A DNA stretch of 32,000 nt from Trichodesmium erythraeum IMS101. Its GTDB lineage: Bacteria > Cyanobacteriota > Cyanobacteriia > Cyanobacteriales > Microcoleaceae. The notes under the pieces are model-generated. The model saw nothing but the letters and a program-made list of their open reading frames with translations, was not told the origin of the DNA and did no database searches. Of this stretch, positions 17,801-25,782 are shown in pieces. The DNA lies in assembly GCF_000014265.1 (NCBI RefSeq), contig NC_008312.1, positions 2,250,001-2,282,000 on the forward strand, read 5' to 3'. The first letter of the stretch is position 1; each line of letters opens with the position of its first letter. A program made the translations under genes and the position numbers.

Positions 17801-20045
17801 AGGTTTTAATGAAGACTATTTTTATGGTTATGAAGATGTAGATTTATGTTTAACTATCCAACAAAAACTAGGCAAAGAAATTATCAGCGCTAATCATTTA
17901 ACAGCTTTTCATAATCGAGGTTTTTCTCGGTTTAATAAAGGGAAAGAATTTGTCAATAAAATCTTGAAAAATCGCCCAATAATTGAAGAAAGGTTTGCTT
18001 ATTATTTGCGTCGAAAACATCTACAAGATTTCTTTGAAAAAGGAATGTATTGGACTGGGCATCCTTTAACTATTGGATTTGCTGTAACCGAAGCAGATAT
18101 GGCAGCTTCCGCAGGAGATTATTTCACAGCGGTGGAATTAGGAGAACAATTAGTTAAAGAATTCGGATGGGATGTTTATTATATTTCTGAAGGAGAAGAT
18201 TGGTATGATATGACACGATTAGATGTAATTGTAGTTATGCGCCATGATTATGATTTAGAAAGAATAGAAAATGCTAAACCAAGTTTAGTAAAAGTGGCTT
18301 GGGCAAGAAATTGGTTTGAGATTTGGGCTTCTCAAAAATCAGCAGGAGATTATGATTGTTTCTGGTGTTCTTCTCAAAAATCAGCTGATTATATTCAGCA
18401 GAAATTATTTAAGCCAGTAACAGTAGTTAGAATAGCAACTAATGATGAACGTTTTTATCAGGAGGGCAGAAGTCAAGAAGGAGTTAATTCTGAAGTTAAA
18501 AGTCAAAATTCAAAAGTTACAAGTTTAGACAATAATTCTGAAGTAGCAATTTTTGAACAAACGGAAAAAGTTAATTCAGAATTAGAGAATAAGTATAAAT
18601 CTGACTATTGTTTCACAGGAAGTTTCTGGAAATATCCACGGGATATTATGAGTTTTTTGAAACCAGATAATTTACCTTTTGAGTTTGCTTTGTATGGATA
18701 TAATTGGGAAAAATTTGATAAGTTTAAAAAGTATAATCGGGGACCTTTTCCTTATACAGATATGCCTCAAATTTATGCTTCGACAAAAATAGTAATTGAT
18801 GATGCAAATTCAGTTACAAAACAATGGGGTTCCACAAATTCTAGGGTATTTGATGCTATTATTTCTGGTGCATTAGTTATTACTAATAGCGAGCTGGGAA
18901 ATCAAGAATCTTTCGACGGACTATTACCTACTTATAATTCCCGCGAATCTCTGGAAAATTTATTACGAGAGTATCTAACAAATGAGGAGTTAAGATTAGC
19001 CAAAGTGGCAGAGTTACAGAAAATAGTCAAAGAAAAACATACTTATAAACATCGCGCTTATACAGTATTTTCTACCTTGCGCGAAAAAATGAGTAATAGT
19101 TTCCGCATCAGTATAAAAATTGGAGTTCCTGACTGGAAACAGGCGCAAGAATGGGGAGACTATCATTTTGCTTTAGCTATGAAACGGCAATTTGAAATTA
19201 ATGGTCATTCCGTCAGAATTGATATTTTGCCAGAGTGGGAAACTCCCGAAGCATTTGGAGATGATGTGGCAATTACTATCCGTGGTTTAAGTCGTTATCA
19301 ACCTAAGTCTTATCATATTAATTTGATGTGGAATATTAGTCATCCAGATAAAGTATCTCTGGAAGAATATGAGGAATATGACCAAGTATTTGTGGCATCT
19401 AATTCTTATGCTAAAGAGTTACAAAAACAAGTGAAAGTTCCGGTAAAAACTTTGCTCCAATGTACAGATCCAAGTTTGTTTTACCCTGATAAAGAAGGTT
19501 ATGAAGAAGTAGGAGAAATTTTGTTTGTGGGAAATTCTCGAAAAGTTTACCGTCAGATAGTAAAAGATGCAGTTGAGAGTGGTTTAAAGATAGATGTTTA
19601 TGGTACAAACTGGGGTAATTTATTGCCTGATGGTTATTTAAAAGGAGAATATATTCCCAATGAAATTTTACGACGTTATTACAGTAAGTCTGGCGTGTTA
19701 TTAAATGACCATTGGAATACTATGAGAGAAAAAGGGTTTATTTCAAATCGTTTATTTGATGCTGCTGCTTGTGGGGCAACAATTGTATCTGACAAAATTT
19801 CAGGTTTAGAAGAGGTATTTGGAGATCAAATTTCTACTTATAATTCTGGGGAAGATTTGCCAAAAGTAGTAGAATATTGTTTGCAGCAAAAAAGTCATAA
19901 TTCAGGAGAAGAATTAGAGTTAGCAAAGTATGTTCAAGAAAATCATAGTTTTGAGAAAAGGGTCTGGGAAATCTTAGGAACTATTGAGAGGTTGAATGAA
20001 GAAAAAATGTTGGGTAAGTTCATAAAATCAGAAGCAGCAATCTAG
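14823..20045 (+). CDS. Giant multidomain protein: ~18 TPR repeats, 'GW' module, GT2 glycosyltransferase, two CgeB-like (Glyco_trans_1_2-type) domains
   Basis: 1740-aa ORF. A 34-aa periodicity runs over aa ~15-628 ('WEEAIxAYRQAIxLxPNSPxVYHxLG'). aa ~657-755 'IDYVSGWARH...YRQDLAEAF'. The GT2 region has 'AVAVIILSLNG', 'LIVVDHGSIDNT', 'LFMNNDITF' and 'GYEDVDLCL'. 'STNSRVFDAIISGALVITNS' and 'ISNRLFDAAACGATIVSDK' mark two CgeB-like C-terminal glycosyltransferase folds. Confidence 0.85.
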   Translation: MREMNSLSSLNSETPTQYFQQGQQAVAAGQLEKAVTLYKKTIELNPNLALYQQNLGDVLAKIGKWEEAATVYQKAIELKPTSALSHYNLGNVQEKQGQLEQAIASYSQAIKINPNFSELYISLGSALVQKGLLYEAIANFQKAISLEPESSIAHQNLGVALEKQGQIEEGIICYRKAIEIDPGFWEGYQKLGIALTKQGEFHQAAKIYLKACQIIPNSATVYHHYGETLAKLRRWDEAIAAYRQAIKLEANSPVIYHQFGYVLTQKQQWEEAISAYRQAIKIKPNSPDVYHHLGDALTQQQNWEEAVGAYRKVTELQPNSPEVYHYFGYALSQLQQWEEAIVAYRKASELQPNSPDVHHQLGHALIELKQNDWAVVELRQAVELNPNLAEAYRDLGRALSNIKQWDEAIASFQGAIELNPNLAEVYGYLGKAYASQKQWDEAIVNYGHALKLNPKLPEVHHNLALTLVQQQKFDDAIVSYGQAIELGINTAEIHHQLGHTLSKLKRWDEAVISYRQAAEINPNSAAVYHVLGESLAQLEKWDEAVAAYTKASQLHPKSADVRYHIGEVMSRLGRWDEAVEAYGKAVELRPSSAKFHFQLGEAKTKKNPLTEAISCYRRALEIDPHFSKAKKKLEEVSSFQNVLRTGELGSLSLLGETEFEGCLDYATIDYVSGWARHKKDPEKVVFLDIFVGNNLVGTLVANKYRQDLAEAFDTHGYHAFAHKIPPSLHSNGLVEVSVKITETGQQLKNSPKPLVVGPKGQKHEINLSFNQGEINKLIYRLQKVKTQKLKFTSQIPPAKIQTEKPAVAVIILSLNGAKLLKELFASFEIYNSYENFELIVVDHGSIDNTIDVCNQWSEKLPITIIARGDNYSFSNSNNVGVNQTKAPLLLFMNNDITFCQDIIPQMVDLIQADENLGMVGVKLLDIVSDRSLAFPPTQHLGVQLYFHSQNEPFYPYEVRYAPQLLKVQSAPWKVPVVTGALMMCRREDFQKVGGFNEDYFYGYEDVDLCLTIQQKLGKEIISANHLTAFHNRGFSRFNKGKEFVNKILKNRPIIEERFAYYLRRKHLQDFFEKGMYWTGHPLTIGFAVTEADMAASAGDYFTAVELGEQLVKEFGWDVYYISEGEDWYDMTRLDVIVVMRHDYDLERIENAKPSLVKVAWARNWFEIWASQKSAGDYDCFWCSSQKSADYIQQKLFKPVTVVRIATNDERFYQEGRSQEGVNSEVKSQNSKVTSLDNNSEVAIFEQTEKVNSELENKYKSDYCFTGSFWKYPRDIMSFLKPDNLPFEFALYGYNWEKFDKFKKYNRGPFPYTDMPQIYASTKIVIDDANSVTKQWGSTNSRVFDAIISGALVITNSELGNQESFDGLLPTYNSRESLENLLREYLTNEELRLAKVAELQKIVKEKHTYKHRAYTVFSTLREKMSNSFRISIKIGVPDWKQAQEWGDYHFALAMKRQFEINGHSVRIDILPEWETPEAFGDDVAITIRGLSRYQPKSYHINLMWNISHPDKVSLEEYEEYDQVFVASNSYAKELQKQVKVPVKTLLQCTDPSLFYPDKEGYEEVGEILFVGNSRKVYRQIVKDAVESGLKIDVYGTNWGNLLPDGYLKGEYIPNEILRRYYSKSGVLLNDHWNTMREKGFISNRLFDAAACGATIVSDKISGLEEVFGDQISTYNSGEDLPKVVEYCLQQKSHNSGEELELAKYVQENHSFEKRVWEILGTIERLNEEKMLGKFIKSEAAI

Positions 20046-20595
20046 AATTTATGCTAATTAGTGAAACAGAAATAACAACCTTAATAAAACTAACTGAGGT
20101 TGACCTATATCAAAATATTTTTGTCTAAATAAATGCCAAATATAATTATGCAAAAAAGTTAGCCTCTGAAGCTATTTTAAGAATATCTGAATCTGCCAGT
20201 TTATTTGTCATCTATAATATTTTGATGCAATTATATTTAGCTTATAAATTGGCAGAAGATAAGGAAGCTGGTAAATTAGTAAAAATATAGTCAATAAAAT
20301 TAGCAAAAATTATTCTGAATGGAAAAGCTTTTTAATAAACAGACAGATATAAATTAGTTTATAAAGTAATTATTAGTACTAAAAAACATAATTGTATCCT
20401 TTTTTTTTGTATATAATAATTAAGTATTTGGAGTAAAAATTGAACTTTTTTCATTTATTTGGAGGAGGATAGCAGGAAATAAACTAATAGCAATTATGGC
20501 TAAATATTGGCAAGTTTACTTTCAAAAAAAAAGCTTAATTGAGCTTTATTGTACTATAAAATCTAGTAATAAAATTTATTTATTATGGCAAAAAT

Positions 20596-21160
20596 ATGAC
20601 AGCTATAACCATCAAATTTAACAATATTCTCAGACTAACTGATGACCAATTCTATCAATTATGTCGAGATAATCCCGAAATTAAATTTGAACGTAATATC
20701 AGGGGGGAAATAACAATTATGTCGCCCACAGGAGGAGAAATAGGAAAACAAAATGCTTCTATTATTGCTGATTTTGTAATATGGAACCGTCAAACAAAAC
20801 TAGGAATAGTGATTCGACTCTTCGACCTGTTTCAAACTTCCCAATAATTCTAATCGTTCTCCCGATGTATCCTGGGTTAAATTAGAAAGATGGAATCAAT
20901 TAACTCCCCAACAAAGAGAAAAATTTCCTCCTATTGCCCCAGATTTTGTATTAGAATTAATGTCACCATCTGATAGTTTAAAGGATGTTCAAAATAAAAT
21001 GCTGGAATATATGGATGGAGGAGTAAAATTAGGCTGGCTAATTGATAATAAAAATCATCGTGTGGAAATTTATCGTCAAGGAAAAGAAGTAGAAATACTA
21101 GATTTTCCCACAAATTTATTAGGGGAAGATGTATTACCTGGTTTGATATTAGAGCTTTAG
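20596..21160 (+). pseudogene. Uma2-family (DUF820) putative endonuclease with a single frameshift near 20811
   Basis: ORF 20596..20847 gives '...ITIMSPTGGEIGKQNA...'. After a +1 shift the reading continues as 'FDSSTCFKLPNNSNRSPDVSWVKLERW...PPIAPDFVLELMSPSDS', which joins ORF 20960..21160 ('VKLGWLIDNKNHRVEIYRQGKE'). This is the typical Uma2 layout. Confidence 0.7.
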
Positions 21161-21383
21161 TATAGGGCAGGCAAAACGGAAAAAATTATACAAAATAATA
21201 GAGTTGTTGGGAAAATTTACAACATTTGTACTCAGAGACTCCAACAGAGTGAAAGGAAGCAACTCTCTTGGCTTTAGACTGCATCAAAATTTCGTTACAT
21301 AGTGAGGTTTATTGGTGTCTTTTACTTACTAGTTATCAAGGTGTATTAGTATTGAAAAAAATTAGGATACAAATATTTCATAG

Positions 21384-22046
21384 ATGTCAGTAAAACAGTT
21401 ACGCTTAAGTCCTCATAATTATAACGGCATTAAAAAAGTTCAAGTGGGTTGTGGCCCCCATAATATCATGGACGACTGGTGGAATGTGGATATTCGACCT
21501 TTTCCTGGTATTGATCAAGTGATGGATGTGACTAAACCTTGGCCTTTTAATGGTTTGGAATATGTGTATGGGGAACATTTTCTCGAACATTTAAGTCTGG
21601 AAGGAGCGATCGCTTTCCTGAATAATGTTTGGAAAAGCCTGAAACCTGGTGGAGTAATTCGACTTTCTACTCCTTCCATAGAATGGGTACTTTCTACTCA
21701 TTTTAACTTGTCAGAAACTAATCCACAAAGACGGATTGATTCTACATTTTCGATGAATCGTGCTTTTCACGGGTGGGGTCATCAATTTATTTATTCAAAA
21801 GATTTTTTGCAATCTTTACTGGATAATTTAGGATGGCAAAAAGTTGTATTTTGTGAATATGGAAAAAGTGAACATTCAAGTTTGCAAGGTATCGAACGTC
21901 ATGGAAATTATCGAGTTGATAATGGATATCCTAATGTTTGGATTGTAGAAGGTACACGCGGGGATGGTCGTTCAGAATCTAGTGCTTCATCTTATCAGAA
22001 ATTACTAGATAAATCTTATATAAGTTATGTTAGATCTGGTCATTAA
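21384..22046 (+). CDS. Class I SAM-dependent methyltransferase (Methyltransf_11/23-like)
   Basis: 220-aa ORF. 'KVQVGCGPHNIMDDWWNVD', 'VYGEHFLEHLS' and 'LKPGGVIRLSTP'. Confidence 0.75.
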   Translation: MSVKQLRLSPHNYNGIKKVQVGCGPHNIMDDWWNVDIRPFPGIDQVMDVTKPWPFNGLEYVYGEHFLEHLSLEGAIAFLNNVWKSLKPGGVIRLSTPSIEWVLSTHFNLSETNPQRRIDSTFSMNRAFHGWGHQFIYSKDFLQSLLDNLGWQKVVFCEYGKSEHSSLQGIERHGNYRVDNGYPNVWIVEGTRGDGRSESSASSYQKLLDKSYISYVRSGH

Positions 22047-22167
22047 TTAATGTTATAATCTAATTTTTCTCGGGTTAATTTATAGTTAGTACTAGCTAAG
22101 TCTAAAACTCAAGTTAAGTTGAACCAAGTCACAGAGAATCATAACTACATATCAAATAAAGTTATGA

Positions 22168-25125
22168 TTAATTCAAATCCTTTTTTATACGTTCAAAAAT
22201 ATTTTCGTATGGTTCTCTCTTAAATAAACTGGTTTGTAGTTCGAGAAAATCTGAATACTCTAAGCGACTAATAGTTTCTAAGCAATTCCATTTAGGTCTA
22301 AAATTTTCTCTCCACTTACTCCATACAACTGTTTGACCATGATGGGGAAAGTGAGCAAAACTATACTGAGGGAAAAAATCATGAATAGCTGCAATAACTT
22401 TAAAGACATCACCCATCCAGCTTTTATTTTTTTCCCCCGAAACCTTTTTTAAAGATATGCAACGTTGATGTGATGATTGAGCTTGAGCATAGCTTCCAGG
22501 AAAAGTATCATCAATTAGCCAGATAGTCTTTAAATGTGAGCAAGCAATAGATGCACAAAAGTCACGAAAACTTTGTTCAAAGGTGTGAAGACCGTCTAAG
22601 TAAATAAGGTCAAATGGAGTATATTCCTGAGCGTAATTCCTAAAAAAATCATCACTAGCAACTTCAAGAAAATTAATATTTTCAGTAGCATATTCGCCTG
22701 TATTAAACTGAAATTTTGGATCTACAGCTACTTTAGATTTGATATTAATTGCATTAAAGGTTTTACCTTCAGATACACCTATTTCTAGATATCTAAATGA
22801 TTCATTTATAGTAGCAAGTTGGTTAAGACGACCATCTCTGGTTGTAATCTCTTTACTTTCAAAAATATTAGAAATGGAGTTATCTTTTAATGTAGTTCGC
22901 ATCTTTAAATACTTTTCTTTTACAGCCAAACAATAAACTTTATTTTGATTCTTTAATAACTTAGATCCTCTATCTATATAGGCCATTACATCAGAATTTT
23001 CTTGAGCTAAGAAATCATCTTCTCTCCAGTTTTCTAAGATAGCAAAATTTTGGTTTCTCAGAGATTCAACTATTTGAAAAGGATTTTTGGCTATGGAAAT
23101 TGAATATGGCGCATCTTTAGTATTATAAGCTCCTAATCTCATAGCATTATCTACACCCCCAGCTATAATATAATTTGAACACTTATTATAAATATGTGGA
23201 TAAAAATTAACGTTATTTCCTCTTCTGGGAATACATACAATATCTGCCTCTAAATAACTCAGAAACTCTAACAGATATATAGCACTTCCTTCCACAAATA
23301 TAATTTTTTTTGCACTTATTAAATAAGATAACTGTTCTAGAATATTGTAATTTTCCGGCTGGATAGAAACATAACCCTCATTCAACAAACAATTCTCCAA
23401 ATATTTTTCCCCAGCTACTCCCCCACGAAGCAAAATATGAGACCTACCAAAAAAGAGTTTTAAATCTTGTTTCTCTTTTCTAAGTTGATTAGTCATCTCC
23501 AAAATTCTCTGCTGTAGTCTCTCTAGATATGAGCAATACCATTCCTTGACTCCTACTGACAGCTCGCTACCTGGTTCTGGAATAATCAAATTTTCAAAAG
23601 TGCAGTTATATATCACAAAAATGCACTTTTCAAGAGAAATGTTGAAAATTTTTAAGATTTGAATTAACCATTGAGGAGGATTAAATGAAGCTGAATTGCT
23701 CCCTACAGGTAAAGCAAAAACTAAACCATCATGTAATTTGGGATTGAATGCCCAAATGCGATGGATACTTTCTGTGAGAACATGTCCAAAATGAAATATT
23801 AAAGGTCCTGCATAAATGTATGTACCTTGATAAAAATTTGAACTATAGGTTTGATTTTTACTATTATCAATGACATTTACTTCTTTGGAATTATCGACAA
23901 TTTCTGGTCTATCTATGTATATAGGTTCATTTTTACCTACTAATTTCCCTGAGCGTCGATGACGAAAAACTCCAGGCATATTCTCTGGAAAACAAACACC
24001 TCCCATCCATTCGTAATTGCTCTTAATTTCAATTGGTTTAACAACTGCATTGTTAATTTTGAATAATCGGGATTCGTCACTATAATCTATCTGTTCTTTA
24101 TTTGTCTTAGATAGTTCTTGAATTTTTTGATGAGCTTCTTGACAGCTAGAGTCTATAGATATTATCTTTTGGTATAAAAAACCAGATGGCTGTGTTTTTT
24201 TTGCAGTTTGTTGAACTTGGTGTAACTCAAATTTAGTCTGTTCTAACTCTTTCTGATTACTATCTAGTTGGGACAAAGACTCTTCCAATGTTGCCATTGT
24301 CTCCTCCAACTGAGACTGATATTTCTCCAACAATTCCTCAGTCTCTCGCCACTGAGACTTAGTTTCCTCTAACTCTTTGTGCAACTCTGACTCTACTCCC
24401 AACTGCTTCTCTGCTAACTCCCCCTTAACCTGCTCCAGCTCTTCATGCTTCTGCTGCAACTTCCCTTGGGACTCCTCCAATGCCCCCATGGTCTGCTCCA
24501 TTTGAGACTTATACTCCTCTAACACTCCCATCATTTCACCTAACTGGGACTGGGACTCCTCTAGCAATTGTTCAGTCTCCTGCAACTTGGCCTTAGTTTC
24601 TGCCAACTCCTGCTTAACTTGTCCATTGGCTTCAGATTGATGTTGCTGTCCTTTTTCTTTGAACTGATGTAACTCAAAGTGGGTTTGCTCCAACTCTCCC
24701 AATACCTCATCTAATTGAGATTGCGATCGCTCCAACTCTTCCCTCACATCATGGAACTCTGACTTAGTTTTGTCCAACTTTTGCTGAGTTTCTTGCCATT
24801 TGGCCTTAAATTCTTCTGTTTCTTTTTGAGACTGGGACTCCTGCAACAACTTTTCTGTCTCCTGCAACTTGGCCTTAGTTTCTGCCAACTCCTGCTTAAC
24901 TTGTCCATTGGCTTCAGATTGATGTTGCTGTCCTTTTTCTTTGAACTGATGTAACTCAAAGTGGGTTTGCTCCAACTCTCCCAATACCTCATCTAATTGA
25001 GATTGCGATCGCTCCAACTCCTCCCTTACATCATGCAACTCTGACTTAGTTTTGTCCAACTCTTCCTGAGTTTGTTGCCACTTGACTTTAGTTTCCTCTA
25101 ATTCTTTTTCTATTGCTATTACCAT
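22168..25125 (-). CDS. N-terminal ~320-aa coiled coil + GT61/DUF563-like glycosyltransferase + C-terminal class I SAM methyltransferase (Methyltransf_24-like)
   Basis: 985-aa ORF. The E/Q/K/L-rich heptad-like N-terminus contains a 94-aa duplication. 'YIYAGPLIFHFGHVLTESIHRIWAF' and 'ISAKKIIFVEGSAIYLLEF' fit GT61. 'FRYLEIGVSEGKTF' and 'FDLIYLDGLHTFEQSFRDF...IWLIDD' are methyltransferase motifs. Confidence 0.8.
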   Translation of the reverse strand: MVIAIEKELEETKVKWQQTQEELDKTKSELHDVREELERSQSQLDEVLGELEQTHFELHQFKEKGQQHQSEANGQVKQELAETKAKLQETEKLLQESQSQKETEEFKAKWQETQQKLDKTKSEFHDVREELERSQSQLDEVLGELEQTHFELHQFKEKGQQHQSEANGQVKQELAETKAKLQETEQLLEESQSQLGEMMGVLEEYKSQMEQTMGALEESQGKLQQKHEELEQVKGELAEKQLGVESELHKELEETKSQWRETEELLEKYQSQLEETMATLEESLSQLDSNQKELEQTKFELHQVQQTAKKTQPSGFLYQKIISIDSSCQEAHQKIQELSKTNKEQIDYSDESRLFKINNAVVKPIEIKSNYEWMGGVCFPENMPGVFRHRRSGKLVGKNEPIYIDRPEIVDNSKEVNVIDNSKNQTYSSNFYQGTYIYAGPLIFHFGHVLTESIHRIWAFNPKLHDGLVFALPVGSNSASFNPPQWLIQILKIFNISLEKCIFVIYNCTFENLIIPEPGSELSVGVKEWYCSYLERLQQRILEMTNQLRKEKQDLKLFFGRSHILLRGGVAGEKYLENCLLNEGYVSIQPENYNILEQLSYLISAKKIIFVEGSAIYLLEFLSYLEADIVCIPRRGNNVNFYPHIYNKCSNYIIAGGVDNAMRLGAYNTKDAPYSISIAKNPFQIVESLRNQNFAILENWREDDFLAQENSDVMAYIDRGSKLLKNQNKVYCLAVKEKYLKMRTTLKDNSISNIFESKEITTRDGRLNQLATINESFRYLEIGVSEGKTFNAINIKSKVAVDPKFQFNTGEYATENINFLEVASDDFFRNYAQEYTPFDLIYLDGLHTFEQSFRDFCASIACSHLKTIWLIDDTFPGSYAQAQSSHQRCISLKKVSGEKNKSWMGDVFKVIAAIHDFFPQYSFAHFPHHGQTVVWSKWRENFRPKWNCLETISRLEYSDFLELQTSLFKREPYENIFERIKKDLN
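24548..25111. repeat. Two tandem copies of a 282-bp unit (94 aa) inside the coiled-coil region of 22168..25125
   Basis: Anchor 'gtctcctgcaacttggccttagtttctgcc' occurs at 24575 and 24857. Long stretches are identical, including the HIP1 sites at 24723 and 25005. Confidence 0.9.
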
Positions 25126-25782
25126 TAACTTATTTTCCTTTAATTATTAATATAAATCAAACTATAATCTAGTCGATAAAATAAAATTTACTATCACCAT
25201 TCTTGATTTTACTCCAACTTGTTTGAAATCATCCTATATTTTTCAAAAAATACACTATTCCTCTAAATCAAGCTTTTATTTATTCTCAGTTAATTAGAGA
25301 CTTATTCTCTTTTCTCAAGACAATTGGTTTTGAACCCATAGGTAAATATTCTCACCTATGATTTAACCATACCTATCAAAAATTTACTTTCGTCTGCTAA
25401 CCAAGCTTGTAATAATCACTAATCAGTTTATAGCAACTCCAATAAATCCATAATTACGACAAAACTACTTTTTTTACCTCTGCAACATCTGAATAAATCC
25501 AATCCAAATATGTAGGTAATTCATCAAGATAAACCTTTTATAAAATCCTTTCATTATTAACATAATTATAACTTAACAACCATATTTTTTACCTATTATC
25601 CTACAAAAAAAGTCTATTTCTGAACCATCAAGATTATTTTATTACTAAGATTTTTCAAAACCATAACCGAATAATAATTCACAATCATCAGGTTCAACTC
25701 TAACTATATCTAATATCTTTATTTTTAGTAATTTTTATATTTTAACCATAGTTAAATTTAATTAATTCTGTCTTCTAGAAAC

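Noticed and set aside
20046-20595. Possible gene remnant ('...AKKLASEAILRISESASLFVIYNILMQLYLAYKLAEDKEAGKLVKI*') and a GGAGGAGGA motif at ~20461
   Set aside because: There is no start codon context, the open frame is under 60 aa, no motif is recognisable, and the SD-like run is not followed by a start codon.
22137-22169. 10-bp inverted repeat AATCATAACT/AGTTATGATT between the convergent genes, considered as a bidirectional terminator
   Set aside because: The stem is almost entirely A/T, the loop is 13 nt, and no U-tract follows on either strand. It also overlaps the stop codon of 22168..25125. The support is too weak.
23195-23203. TGTGGATAA, a DnaA-box consensus
   Set aside because: It is a single copy inside a coding region with no cluster of boxes, so it is not an origin.
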